From contig NC_134025.1 of assembly GCF_964204645.1 (NCBI RefSeq), forward strand, positions 7,130,001-7,194,000: a stretch of 64,000 bases of DNA. The letters are read 5' to 3'. Within the stretch, counting starts at the first letter, position 1. Each line of letters starts with the position of its first letter. Below, one piece after another: positions 42,583 to 56,700 of this stretch. The notes beneath the pieces were generated by a model. The model was given only the letters and a program-made list of their open reading frames with translations, had not been told where the DNA came from and ran no database searches. Source of the stretch: Tubulanus polymorphus. Its lineage: Eukaryota; Animalia; Nemertea. The translations under genes and the position numbers were made by a program.

Positions 42583-45500
42583 ATCACTTACGAAACCCCG
42601 AAGGATAAGTCCATAGTTACTAACAGCGATAAAAGGGAATTTCATATTTTTCATATTTTTTACAACCAAAAAGATATTATATTCATTTTATAGGTATTCG
42701 ATGAAACACGTTTGGATTTAAATTGTTTATTTCAACCTGGCAACATTTCAGGAATGCTTTTCCAGTTTTCTTTTGTCTTACCATATAGATTTTAAAAGTT
42801 TCACAGCGTCGGTATACGCCGGTATATACAGGCTATTTAAGTCATTTTAAGAAAATTCATTTTTTACTTTATCACGGTGTCATGCCTGGATTACAAATAT
42901 CCATTAGTAAATTAGAAACCGCCGGAAGAAACATTAGTGTAGGGAGAACAAAAAAGTTATATAAGATAAATCGAAATCTAAGTCAGATTAAAACTAAACA
43001 TATTCATATTTCCAAACACGCGTGGAAGACTCACGTCGCAAACTATATGAAAATTGAGCCGACAGATGAATGTTAGATTGTGAAATATGCACGCCCAGCG
43101 GCCACATAACACGTATACAACCCCCAGTAGATCATGGAGATTCGTAGAAGCGGGGTATACGCCATACGCCGATATTCATCGCCCGAGTCTATAGTGTCAG
43201 GTTCTGAAAATTCATGAAGACGCCATCGCCACACCGACGGTCGCAAAACGAACACCTCGGGTGGAAGCCAAATCAGGCAAAGACGCGGTAATTAGCCAAC
43301 CGGGCAATTATGGCATGAGCGTGGAGGCGCGAATACCAGTCGCGAAATGAATCGGTGACATGCGAACGCATGGCCCATCTTCAACGTAACAACAGTCAAC
43401 TCGTTCGTAATGATGGCAATATGATATACTCGACGCGACCGTCCAACAGCCAATATCTAACTAGCCGCCGCTGAATACTTAAAAAACTTCAAGCTCGTTT
43501 GAGAATATATTCCCCGATATCGATGCTTCCGCTCGAAGATATTTCGATGGAAAAATTCCAGCGCGCTGCGTCGAAGCGCGTTATACTTTTGATAGTTTTA
43601 CACGTGGATCTGATTTTCAGAAACTCATTTGCACGGATTTTTGCGTGCGTGTGTCGTCACGCGCCCGATCACCAATGAAACAGGCAACTCTTTGAGTCGT
43701 CGGGAGAAGTATGCGCCGCCGCCGCGCGCTATGCTACTAAGGCATTGGAAGACGACGAATAATTTTCTTTTCAGGGGAAATTTCTGAAAAACTGCCGTCG
43801 TCGAGACCTTGCATGCAGCGCATCCTGCAGACTTAACTCGCACCTTTCAAGTCAGGAGAGAAACGCCGTGTTAAGCTCCTTGTACGACAACGCGTATAGC
43901 TTAGACCGGTGATTTGCACTTTTTTACACACCCAGAGTTGTGCCGCGCGCTTTCTTCGAGCAGACTGACAAGTGCCGAGAAAATCTAATTCCATCTAACG
44001 ACGACGCCGATGGTCGGCGAGGATTCTGCCTCGGCATCGTTGTTGTTATTGTTCATTCATAATAACAGGTTACTCCATGCATTGGCGATTTCGTCAAGCG
44101 TGATGCATTATCTGCGCCGTACGTTTCGGGGTGCTAAAACCGCTCTCCGCGCGCGGCTTACGGGTAGATATCTCGAATCGCGATGTTTGCTGGAAAAATA
44201 TTGACTCTGCGCGTAACAATAATCTCGCTGTCATCCGCGAGCATTTGTTTATTTATATCGAGAATCCATTTCGCCTTACATGTCGAATACCGCAAATTTG
44301 ACCAAGTACCTTTTAACCCTTTTATCACCGTTCGCATTTCGAGACGATTATGGAGTTAGTGATTAGAAAACTTTTTTGAACAGGATATACAGGGCGAATA
44401 CATTTTCTATTGAAATTGGAGATAGCCATTGTTGAAATTCAATATGTTTCGGGTTTATTTCCGTTGAGCGCGCCGGAACTATACATGTGAATCACTAGTT
44501 CTTGTTTCAGTTTTTCATTACGGGTTTTTTCCATCTCGAGAATTCCGAAATTAGACTTTCGTGTCTGAGTGAAATAAGTTCAGCCTTTGTCGTTTCGATT
44601 TTCTTTTCATTTAAATCCAGATTGAAAAATGTTAACCCACAACGCTGTGAAATGGCTATTTGAAAAAACAAATATACGAGTTTTGATATTGCTCGAATGC
44701 GAGCTTGTTAAAACTGACAGATAATTCGCATTGGTTGTTTATTCATTCGGAATAGAAGACTGGTGGGTCCATCTATGAAATGATCGAAGATACTGACGAT
44801 GCTACATCAATGCTGTATAATGAGATTCGGTTATGTAACGGCACTGTTGCAGTAACTGATTGGTCGCCATAAATTTACTGCATCAATTACTGCTTCAACG
44901 TCTGAATAATTCATGCCCTGGCTTAAGATATTATTTCATCTTATTAATTGTCACATAGTGAAAAAAACTCGGTTAAGATACGTTTGAATGTTGTAAATGA
45001 AGATATTAATTGTACAAATTCTCTATAAATTCATCGTCATAAAAGAAATATTAAATTCAGTTGGAAAAAGAGTCTGACGTATTTGGTCACAAATCCTGCA
45101 CAGCCAAACCATTTTTTCATAAATGTTATTGTTTTACGTACAATGGATATATGTACATATATCTAGTTATATGTACATGGATAATTCTATTGGGTATATC
45201 TAAACTAGATGATTTTGGAATGGTCGATGAGAGGCTTAATATTCCAAAGCAAAGGTCGCCACATCTGGTGGTAATTCGATGAACTATTCCAGTGAGACGA
45301 GGTGACGACTGCATCCACGAGATGTCGCTAGTGTAGATGACGGTAGTAATAATCCAGTACCCGTGGGCGGCTGATGCTGCTGCCGTTGCAGCGCTCCGTG
45401 CCATGCGATCTCATGAAAAAGCGTTGCCTGGCAACGGTTACTATTTCGTGCATCTGTCGTTCTCGTAGTAGTAGAGAATCCGAGTCACGTAATCTCTCCC

Positions 45501-48500
45501 GGCGCGCTGAACTATTGTTGATAACGCACAAGTAATCCCAGCAGATGTCGGTTAGATTACGGCGAATAAATCCAGAACGCTACGCATCCGCCATAGCCAC
45601 CGCCGCTGCTGTTGGCAAAAAACATTATTCCGAATAGGTCGGCACATACAACGCGGTCTATTTAGTGACCACGACACGTATTATGTATATTCCCGTTGTG
45701 TTTTATGATATTCCAATCACCGTCAAGAATGAGATACGATATTTGATAGCATAGTTATTATCAGTTGAGTATTCCAGATGTCACCTTCCATTGACCATCC
45801 ACAAAATCCCCAGCCGCACTATATTTCCATTAAACAGCCCTTAACCTTACTAGGATATGATATCTAAAACTTAACTCTCAAAAATGCATCTAACCGGCTA
45901 AAAAGTCCTGATGCAAGTCCTAAAAAAGGTTTAGCATTCGCAACTGAATTTGGGCCAAGGGGGTTTATTTTAGGGGTTGGATTTGTGACCAGATATAGGA
46001 GAATCCTTTATTGATCTTTTCGCTGGAAATTACTTACTGCATTTCTGTTCGTCATCTCTGTCCGGGCAGTCCGGTCGAAAGTCACAAATTTGTGTCCTCC
46101 TCAAACAATCACCGGACAGACAAGTTTGCTCATCGCTTTCACACTCTGCAAGAAATTAAATATTTTCAAATATCAGGATTCATGATAAAATTCTTTTTTT
46201 TCTATAAGTTTATCTATAAATAACGACAGAACATTCATTAACATGACGAGACATTAATCATATGTTGTTTATCATAAGCCATATTCATCTATGTAAACAT
46301 GTTTTCTGAAATTTTGCATTCGACTTGCCACGATCATGAAATCGAGAATTGTTATTTCATTTTGCGAGGTAAATTCAATAATCAGCATTATATTTTGACA
46401 AAATGAAATTCATCGCGTTTGCCCATCTGGATCGACATGATATTCTGATCAAATTGATTGAATTGATTTTTTTCCCGATGGCGCAGTGGATTTCGTACAG
46501 GCGTCTCTTCCCCTGCCCGCGCGTTCCCGTTATCGTCTGAATGGCACAATTTGATGAAAGATATGAATGATTTTCTCTAGTGGCGAACCGAGATGATGCA
46601 TAGAAAATCAAATTGGCAATATGCCACTTTCTGATGTCTGATTTCGATAGAACTTTCTCCTCAGCGCCAGTACAACTGAATTTGAATGCGACACAATGAC
46701 ATCCAGCAACCCGCATTAATGACAAATCGCGCAAGAACCGGCCTAAGAAGATTACAAACACAATAAATTGTACGTTTGTATTGGCCAATATTAGTTTTAT
46801 GCTGTGTACATTTTTCGAACAATAAACTTTTGGCAGTGAATAATATCTTTCGCAACAAAATTCAAATCGGAGCATAGCAATTTTTGAGTTCCTTTTTGAG
46901 TAATGAATTTGGAATTCTGAATTCGTCAAATCGTCGTCGAAAAGCTAGTCCGGAATTCGCTTTTAAAAAGTAAGAATTCCGAAGGTTAGGAGATTATTCA
47001 ATGCCCTATGTTTTTTTTTCTAAATCTCGTAACAATCTGTCAGTATTTCCTCTGGTAAAAAGTGATTGCCGTAGGCATTTAGGTTCTAAAAGTAACGGTT
47101 CGCCTTTTTCAATTTTTGAGTGTTTATCTAGTCAGCGGTTTTCTTCGGGATGCTGTTTGCTGTTTCTCTTAGCATCTCTGTCATTGATTTTCTGCTAACA
47201 AATTTCAGAACAGATTGTAATGAGCCATCGCGCTATGGGGCTTACACGAGTGAAATCAGATTGTACGGAGGGAAATTTCTGATAAAATAAACCGCAATAA
47301 CGCCATCAAACTAGCGATAACGTTATTTCCATCGCGGACAATGATATGAATGGCTTTCATTTCTGATATTTGTGGAATTCTTGATTCGGCGATGTGCGCA
47401 CGTTGACGATGTTAGGGTATCAGGCGATATTTTTATCGATATCGTTGCCACGTGGATACGAATCTGATACCACTGCGTATTCATAGATGGCATAAGAATG
47501 CAATGTTTCACACTATGCGCCGGAATCTGTTCATGAAACTTGTGTATGCCATACCCATAACCAAAAGTATAATCCTTATGTACTTTTATAAGAAAGTATT
47601 CTTGATGAAAACTTTGATAAAAAATCGTTAAGACTGGAGTATGCACTCCAATACTGTATTGATAGGACGATTCGTATTTTATTTGTAGGTAGAAATGAGA
47701 TTGTATGTATACATATAACAAAGGGATACAATCAAACAAAAATCAAATCAACAACAAAATAATTTTCACATAAAACAGAGCGATTTTATCATTGAAAAGA
47801 TTCTCGAATTGGCTTACAAATTAATCAGTTGTAAAATCGTAGTAAAATTTATACCTGAAAGCTGCAATTATGATCGCTCACGTACGCGTTGCTCGCGTGA
47901 ACTCAATTAGCAGCACATGTTACGAATTTGTATTTTATTTGCTTTGCAAATCAGTATATCTTACGGTGTTGTAGATCATAGCATGAATGGAAGGTTAAAG
48001 ACAAATTACAAGGCTAAACAATGCATAGCTGGCATTTTTCCAGACAGAAAATATACATCGAATTTCGATATAAAACGAATTATCTCTTAAAACCCTTCTA
48101 AAAATATTATGGTAGCGCTTTAAATTGATGGTTTGCACAAAACGCTACACAACTATCTTAATCTAAGGTGATATACTGTAGAATAGGGAATTGCATAAAA
48201 ATACCATCTATACATCACAATAAAATGGTCATATTTAAGTTTGAATTTTATTTCACCAAGCTGTTACAATTCCATTGTCAAATTCTGCCTGCAGGTATGC
48301 ATTTCGTATGTTGACTAAAATGCGCATGACAATGCATAGCTTGCTGCAATCGCCGGATTTGTGATTTATGAAGCTCTTTGACATCAGGATTTGTAATTTT
48401 AAACAGGAGGAAATATCCCATCAAATCGTGCGATCATCGCTTAATAATACGAAGACAACGATGCAAGGCCAGGTTCTTCAATATCATACGTGACCAAACT

Positions 48501-48635
48501 CTTCGAAAACTATGTTCGCTCCTATAGTTTTCCTTCGAAGAAATGTACTACATGTATTGAAATCATTTTGAAAATTTCCTTTTGTGGGCGAAAGTATCAG
48601 ATATCTGATACAAGAACTTGGATTTAATGCTGTAC

Positions 48636-48878
48636 CAAGGGTTGATTTAGGGGTGTTCACGGAGTCCAGACCCCTGCCTTCCCATTGAGGTTGCCCTCTT
48701 CGTCAACACCGACATAGTTAAGACATGCAAATTTGACACTCATCTTTTTGGAAATTGTGCACATTTGGATTTATTTCTTCAAACATATCTAATGCCGATG
48801 GTGGGACCCCTATCCCATGGCTACTTCATCTGAAAATCTCTTTTCCCTGGTCTTCAGATTTTCCTAGATCCGCCCCTG
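48636..48878. mobile_element. MITE of the CAGGGGCGGATC-terminus family, copy 1
   Basis: Degenerate left end caagggttgatttag, right end ctagatccgcccctg, and 5-bp flanks tgtac / cgtac resembling a target-site duplication. Confidence 0.6.
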
Positions 48879-50704
48879 CGTACTGCGTACTGTGTGTTAT
48901 TGTTATCAATTCTGTACCGAGATAATCTTGAATAAAACCTTCAACCGACTGAAAATATATACTATTCAAAAATAAGATATTGAAATTCAATTTGTTCTTT
49001 CACATATTCTCATTTTCATCAATGGGGCAATGACAAATTTGAATGGATGCGTTTGACACGTGAGTGAAGCTGGCGCCTTGCCATATATATCATCCTACTA
49101 CTACAATGATATCGATTCCGTCTACTACTGAAAGAATATCTCCGTCGTCAGTTCAGAAAAACACCTGAAATGTTCATACAACACACCGAAGATCAAACAC
49201 ATTCTTGGCATCATAATAGAAATATCGTACAAAAATGAAAAATCTGCAAAGCATCATCGCTTCAAAAGTATTATCAATCGCCTTTTCATATAGCGGAATA
49301 GCCGAGCGAAGACAATCAATTCGCAATTAAACATCATATCCAGAGATTACCGGTGTATGGAGCAGCTTTTTCGCAAATTGTATCGGGCGGATCGACTGCC
49401 GCATCGTTATGCATTTTTCATGATCGGTTGATATGATCCGGAGCGCGTTGCAGGAGGCGTATTATAGCGCGATTGACCATTCTGTTCATAATCTTCGCCG
49501 CAGCACACGTTGTCCAGATTGTCCCCCGAGGTTCGCCACAGATCATAAATGAAGCTATTGCAGTCCGCATAGTGACAGTTATGCCCTACCTTGCATTTAG
49601 CGATATGAAAGTGGCAAATGATTAGCGGCCCCGCGATGTACAATATTCCGATAAAAAGTGTTCACTTTATACGCATTTGACCGAAGACTCGAAACGTTTT
49701 AAGCCAATTATACATCCCGACTATTTATCTTTCTATGACATTGCGGTACGCGTTATTGCACCTCTGGCGAATTTTAGAAATCTAAACGAATATACTTCAT
49801 ATACAGTTTTCGACAATACATTAAAATGCCAAAACTGAACTGTTAATTTTGGTATAGAAAAGTGAAAAATCGTATATCTAAATCTTAATGTCGGAAGCAT
49901 TACATTGAAGAACACGATCACCAATCTATGTCGTATGAAACGTGTTTTTGTTCGAATGAAATTCTTGACATTACACAATCTGACGCTAAGGTGAATCCAT
50001 TACTTCGTTCATGATACCCGAGGGACCTGTTTGAAATCCACAATGTGGCTTTTAAAATGTGCACATCACAGAGGTGAAGATGTTAACTGTAATGTAGCTC
50101 AGCGAAAAGTTACAATTAGCCTTTAAGAAAGACATCATATCATTTCTAGAAGCAGCTATATTTTTCCAGTAAATCTCGGTAGGCCAAGTGGCGAAACCTA
50201 AAGCTTGTAAAATAGATCAAGCGATCACAGTTAGATCTTTCTACATATTATTCAACTCTGATATTTTCTAAACATATGCGCTGTCATTCGTTATATTAGT
50301 GTGTTTTCTGAATTAACATACGTATTCTATTAACATTATCGACTGCAGCCTCAAAATTGAAAATGATTTTCGTTTAGTTTTTCACGAATATAAAACGTTC
50401 CGTCGATAATGATTTCACGCTGAACCGAATAAATTCAAGCAGTGAATGTTATGCAGCACAACATTTATACATTCAAAAAGTAATTCTGACTTTTTGCAGA
50501 ATTATAAACAACTGGACTGTTAGTTTAGGATTTATGGTACGCATCAATAGGGCCAAAAGCATAAAAGTAAAATGCTGATTAGAATTAAACTAGCTAACAT
50601 ATACTTCGACTGGACGCTATATCCTATACCCACAGTGGCTTGACTGGATTCTCTGACAATCAAATCTCAGTAATTTTCTATCTCTCGAACCAACATATCG
50701 AGTT

Positions 50705-50748
50705 CACTTCAACTATCACTTCAACTATCACTTCAACTATTTCAACTA
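50705..50748. repeat. 12-bp tandem repeat (cacttcaactat)x3 plus a partial unit
   Basis: Directly visible in the sequence. Confidence 0.9.
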
Positions 50749-51456
50749 AAACTACTTTTTATTCTATCAAATTTCTTAAATTCAGTTTTTTAGCACTTTC
50801 TCGGCAATTTTCAACAGATCGATACGGAATTGGTCGCCATCTGATATAGCCTTTATAATAAGATATTTGTGATGTTGGCAAGATGGCTCTGTATATAGGA
50901 AAGCTTAATTCAGTGGAACGTATAGGTGGGGTTATCATTAAATAAAACACATAATTGTTTAAGATATTGCATAGAATCGCTCCACCCTAACCAGCAGCTT
51001 AAGATCAAACAGAATGTGACTTCTTAAAAAAATGCTCGTGACTAGCCCACTTGTAAGACAATTCATGCTGATTTGCCTTCATAATCGTGGGATGTAAGCA
51101 GCAAGCCCGCGGGGTTTGTACTTTCCAGTAAGACCGGTAAATACTGTGATACAGAATTCGTGACAATCCAACAAAAATATTTAGAAAAAAATTCAATACA
51201 TGTATAAGGAGCAATATCTGTCATCGTGTCTAATTCAAACCACTTTTCATTATCTATACATGTAGCATTTTTTTTAAAATCAACCGCCAACTTACGTCAG
51301 TCGGTCACGTACGTGACATTTTTACCGTTTACTGCGTTAAGTAACACATGATTGATGACTTTTGTCATATTTCTCTAAAAATTGATTATACATGGATTAG
51401 TCGTGTTTCTGTAAGACAGATTTCCACGTACAGATCTACCGAGGCAGGGCTGCTAT

Positions 51457-51457
<1 letters not shown>

Positions 51458-51493
<36 letters not shown>
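51458..51493. repeat. (CGT)12 microsatellite
   Basis: Perfect trinucleotide run; explains the poly-Val and poly-Arg ORFs in the track. Confidence 0.95.
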
Positions 51494-52610
51494 GTTTGTG
51501 TGTGAAAGTTACACGTTAAACATCTGCGGAAATTGATTTCAATGACAATCGGCCGGAGGAATTTGCTGAAAGGTTTAACATTAATACCCGACTCTCCGGT
51601 AGGATATCCTAAATCCAAAGCCAATTACAATGACCAGACGATATTCTGTATATGTATCGTATAGACGAGACCTACACAAAAACAGAAGCAATAGTAAGGA
51701 TCCATACAAACAGCGGATCATCTAACCAAAATCATTAACTGACCATGAGTTCCATGATTAAAACCTTTAAAATTAAGACCCGACTAAGCTCATTTTACCT
51801 AAAGTCTAACACATTAGGGCTGGTCTAAAGATCGATGCACATTTTCTAGAATAGGTTTTGACTGCGAAGGATATTGACTTTGAGAAATTCGGCGTGAAAT
51901 TGTTGAAAAAAGAAACTCGTATCTTATTTTGCCGTTACATATTGAAGTTTGAAAGCAGGAACGTTACTGTGACGTCGATAGCGGATGTCAATCCTCGGCG
52001 TCTTACCGTTAGTGAATTTTACTGCTGGTTGAAATATTTCAGGCATGTATAGCTATCTTTACATCAATGCCGTTATCCACTAGATCAATTTTGAATTCAT
52101 TTCAGAATTTAATAACTGGTGATTAATTATCCAACAGCAATTTGCAAAAACAGGAAGCCTACTGAGATGAAATCCGAAGCCATGCGTTCGCATCATTCCT
52201 AATGGCATTGTTTGTAACCTGACAACATTTAACTTTTCAAATAGTGGAATGAAGCTGGAGAGTGAATACAGCCGTCCGCCCGAGGCCTCAATAATGAATT
52301 CAACGATGGCTAACCGTGCCGATGATTGATTTCACGCAAATAAAAAAGTTTATATCGAAAATTCGGCACACGGAATGCTAATTTGTTTTTGTTGCTCAGT
52401 TTGAATGTCAACGGTAAAAATAACAAAACATGATTCCGAGGCCAACCACAGCAAACAAGCTCAACTGATGCTTTGGGAATGCACTAGCGGTAAATAACTA
52501 TGAAAACAACCACCGGATTTTCAATAAATCCGATTCTTGTATTCATGTATAATTAGGAATACAATGTATTTACTTTACTACTGTTTATTTAAATCAAATA
52601 CATATGTATT

Positions 52611-52832
52611 CAGAGCTGCCAACTGTTCCTGATTTTCAGTATTTGTTACTGTTTTATAACGAGAAATACTGATTTGATTTGTTTGATGCGTACACAAATA
52701 TGAAAGATGTTACTGGGGGTCTTACTATTGATTACCGATTAATTTGAACATTTTCTTTCATATTTCAATGACATTTTACTTTAAAAAATTCAATTTGTTA
52801 CTGATAGCATTTTTTAGAGGTTGGCAGCCCTG
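52611..52832. mobile_element. 222-bp MITE with CAGRGCTGCCAAC TIRs (hAT-like termini)
   Basis: cagagctgccaac ... gttggcagccctg (12/13), AT-rich interior, flanks tgtatt / tgtatc. Confidence 0.75.
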
Positions 52833-53585
52833 TGTATCTGATTCGTGACTGTGTCAATCATTAAGGGCACAAACATTTCAGATGTTTTTTCCTATCTTTT
52901 GAAGAACGGCGTGAGATATGTCAGTTTGTATGATTCTCGTACAGGAAAATATGAGGCGAAATCCTATTAGAATCGTACTCAAGAATGTCTAGTAGAGAAC
53001 CAGTAAGTGGGATGCACGTAGACATTGTAGTGACACATTGCGACGACAAGCATTTAAATCCTGAGCATTTCCACAAACCATTGAAAGCAGGAACTTCGCA
53101 GCACGGAACGTCAACTTAATGAAAATAGATTAATATGAATGTGACACTTTAATAGTCAGTCAGCGTTTAGCTATTCTAGCGCGTAAAGATCCGAAACCAC
53201 TGTTGAAATTCAATTAAATCAGTCACATTTTATTGAAAAGCGAGTTAAAATCACATGCAATTCATGAAAAGCAATTTTCCGAGTCAATATCGAAGTAAAT
53301 GCGCTGTGAAGAATTGTCTACTCCGTTGAAAGATGCGAGAATGTTTTCATAATGCTTCACGAATAGTTTTTCAGTCCACGCGACGCGATATACGTGTTTT
53401 TCTCTTCTTTGATCGGAGCGACTTGTACCAAAACTCATTTCAAACAAGAAAACGAACTCGAAAGAATATTGACGCCTTGAAGAATAACGCATATATTGCT
53501 TAATATTCTTGAAAATAGATAAGATGATATAAACTGTACGATATTAGGGAACTATTTTGATTTGAACATACCGATTGAATTCATC

Positions 53586-53830
53586 ACCGGCAACCAGTCT
53601 AGCACCGATATAGGTGACGTAGTGCACGCGCTCTCAAAAATTGATTATTCAAATATATGAATATTATTGAAATACATTTGATAATGATATTCCCGATTGA
53701 AATTGTTATTTTGAAATGCCAGTATTGATGTTGTAATGCACGTCGACTCACACAGGACCCTTAACAACGCGTATCAGGTATCAATGTATATAAAAATTGT
53801 TCTGGCGGTTTTTACGACGTCTAAAAATGA
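53586..53830 (-). repeat. Dispersed repeat, copy B (inverted relative to copy A)
   Basis: caaccagtctagcaccgatataggtgacgtagtgcacgcgctctcaaaaat and gtcgactcacacagg are reverse-complement homologues of 3137-3392. Confidence 0.8.
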
Positions 53831-56340
53831 ATGTACGAATCAGTAGAATATAGTTCAGTAAATATAGTAATCAACAATTCAATTTATTCCTGGTTACACA
53901 TAATATCATACCGTACAAAATTTGCCACAAAGTACAATAAAGCGAAGTCCAAATTCACAATTTACTCACTGATAATGATGGCAGTGATTTAACGGTCCAA
54001 ACTCAAAATGAAAGCACGATATTTGAATTTGACAATAAAAAAAGACCAATTCATTCAGCGAATATCGACGAAGCATCCCTTTGCCAAAAACATGCATGAG
54101 CTCGTTGTTCTGATTCGAATCAAGTGAGTGACTAAGCTGAAGTGTAAGAAGGGTTCTACTGTTGACGAGTAACCAGCTGGGAATGAACAGGAGGTCGGAA
54201 AGTAAACATTTTCACGTAGATTTACATGTCTAATTAACGAACGGCTCGGGCCATTAATCAGACGCTAGTTTTCATTCTGCACACACTCTGACAATGTTTG
54301 CAGAGAAAATGTCACGAGATATCGACGACTAAACGATAAAAAAACGCTCCGGAATTCCTACGCTGCTAAAAAGCGTCGTCAAATTTTGTCCCCAGTCGGT
54401 CGAGTACGTGCGCCTAACCTAAACCTCAGAATGGCTCACAGAATCTACCTGTAGAAGATTGGCTATTGCTATAACGCAAGCAGATTGCTAGGACCACTTA
54501 TTTTGGGATTCTCCGTCACTATTTCTATTGGCTTGAAATTAGCAAAAACTATTGGGATTTTCTAACCCTATCATGCCTGCAGTGCATTATCATAAAATGG
54601 TATTGAAGCAATCCTTGAAAACGCGAATTATTGAAGCGAGTTTTTATTTCTCCAGTCAGCAAAAAAAAGGCGATCACCGAGTAGAATGTCTGCCTTCGTG
54701 ACGGAGCTGATATGAAGAATTAATGTAAAATAACCGTAAGCACCCAATTGATGATTGCCTTCATGGGCAGATTACACGAAATTAATCTCTTCCGCTAATA
54801 TTCGCACTGCAGGCAAATTCAGCTAATTCTTTACTTACATGGCCAGAACACACTACTTATGATTCAGGTCTGCGATATACAACGAGTACGCTACCGTTTT
54901 AACTTTTTACAGAGATCTACTAGGAGAAAAATGCCGCAGTTCTAAGGTTTTTTGACCGATTTTTTTAAGAATACAGAAATCACGTGATGTTTTATGCAAA
55001 GCAATATTTACAATTTCAACGAATTCACTGATAAAGATAATTATTATTTATCATTGCTGGCAGCTATGCCAATTGCTAATCGGCAGCTCACAGAAAGAGC
55101 TATGAATCAGAATTTTTCTTTTTCATTTCACTGGTTTTACATCGGCGTTATATTTCGCTTATCGGTCAAGACACTTTCTATTGACTCGCACGAGGGATAA
55201 GAGTCGTCCTAACGTTGTTGATAACACCATAAATCCGAAAAATGGCCAGTGACTCTTTTGATAATTCGCGGCCAACAGAGCTGCGCAAACATTGGTACTG
55301 CAATTAGACTGGTAATATTCACGGCAGACGGGCACAGAACATCGGAGCAATCAAACACAGCGTTCAATCATCGCGGTCGTATTTTTACAATCGACGCATC
55401 GGCAACGAATATAACGAAAAACAACGGACGCGAAATCCGACGGAGTTCTGTTGACTGGCTTAATGCCCGTTCGGTCTGGCGTGCTGCACCCAAGATTGAA
55501 CTATTTATGGTCACTTGACAGGCGATGTTGATTAAACATAAGCTACCCCGCGCATAGAAATGTCGCCAATTATCGCCCGGTTCAGATCGTCTGCCCGCCT
55601 CGCAGTACCGAGGCAGTCGCGTCTTTAAAGCGCGCAAAATAATTTCAGAGTAAATGATGCCCTATTAAGACGTTCGAACCGTTTCGTACAGTTTGACGAG
55701 CCCGGTGGGCCTGATCACACAGGCAATTGACAGCTGACCCGACTGTCTGCGCATGTTAATGTCGCTAAAAGTCGCGCCGGGATGCAACCTTACAACCCGG
55801 AGTAAAATAAATAAAGCTGATACCGGGGCTCGGGTATTACGGTTTGATAAATTGCGAGTTTGTTTAGTAAGCAGCGACACCGGTTTCATTGAAATTAATT
55901 CTATCACCTTCGTCCCAGGAGCGCACGTATCAAGATGGTTTATTGACAGCCAACGACTGGCAGGTTGTTTAAAACATGCATTTATTAAGGCGACTCTAGT
56001 TCGGTCGCTTCAAGTCATATCATTCGAGAAAAGTCATTTAATCAGTTCATAGAAATAATTCTTGGAGTGATTTTAAAATTGCATCGTTGTCAAGAATATT
56101 TCATGGGAATATTTCACCGAATCTATCAATGTGAAGCTAACATCTCTCGTGTGACATGAGATGTTTGGCACTCCAGTCGATGCAGGCAAAGTTAATGATC
56201 AAACTGAGGAATCCACGCGACTCTGTCCATCAAACACGAAAGAGCCAGCGGCTATACGCGAGTAAAGAACGTCGCCACTATCGATGCCTGGTTTGGTGGC
56301 ACGCAATCGTCCTGGTCTAACATAATCTATACTCCGAGGT

Positions 56341-56700
56341 AATTCAATTCAATTCAAAATTTATTCAGTAAATAATCATACAAATGATTGAGGCTGAACG
56401 GAATATAAAATTACAACAAATGTATTAAAAGGTTAAACATACACCAATAAGAGAGCTGTGCTGTGAAAAACAAGTGAAATGCGAACACAATGATCAAACT
56501 CATTCAGCTCGGACGCAACAACAGGGAGGGCACTGGCCAGACCAGCTCACACGGCCCCAGGCCAAAAGGACCCAAATCAAAATCCGGCATGTGGTTAATA
56601 CATTGTCATACAACATGACTTTAATTCATCTTCAAACAGTACCACGCTCTTCAAACCTCAAAACCTTATCAAAATATACACATTTACCAGCCTTATAGAC
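56341..56700 (-). mobile_element. 3' end of a non-LTR retroelement (CR1/L2-like tail)
   Basis: The minus strand ends AATAAA-tttt-(GAATT)3, preceded by a CpG-poor, TG-rich segment. A short tandem-repeat tail after AATAAA is typical of CR1/L2 clades. The 5' boundary is approximate. Confidence 0.5.

Noticed and set aside
46375-46929. 184-aa minus-strand ORF
   Set aside because: Non-ATG start, composition typical of random AT-rich translation (many C/I/F/R), and no recognisable motif.
50705-50748. Short direct repeats as a possible CRISPR array
   Set aside because: Contiguous 12-bp units without spacers, no cas genes, and a eukaryotic context.
51348-51624. Poly-Val / poly-Arg ORFs
   Set aside because: Artefacts of the (CGT)12 microsatellite.
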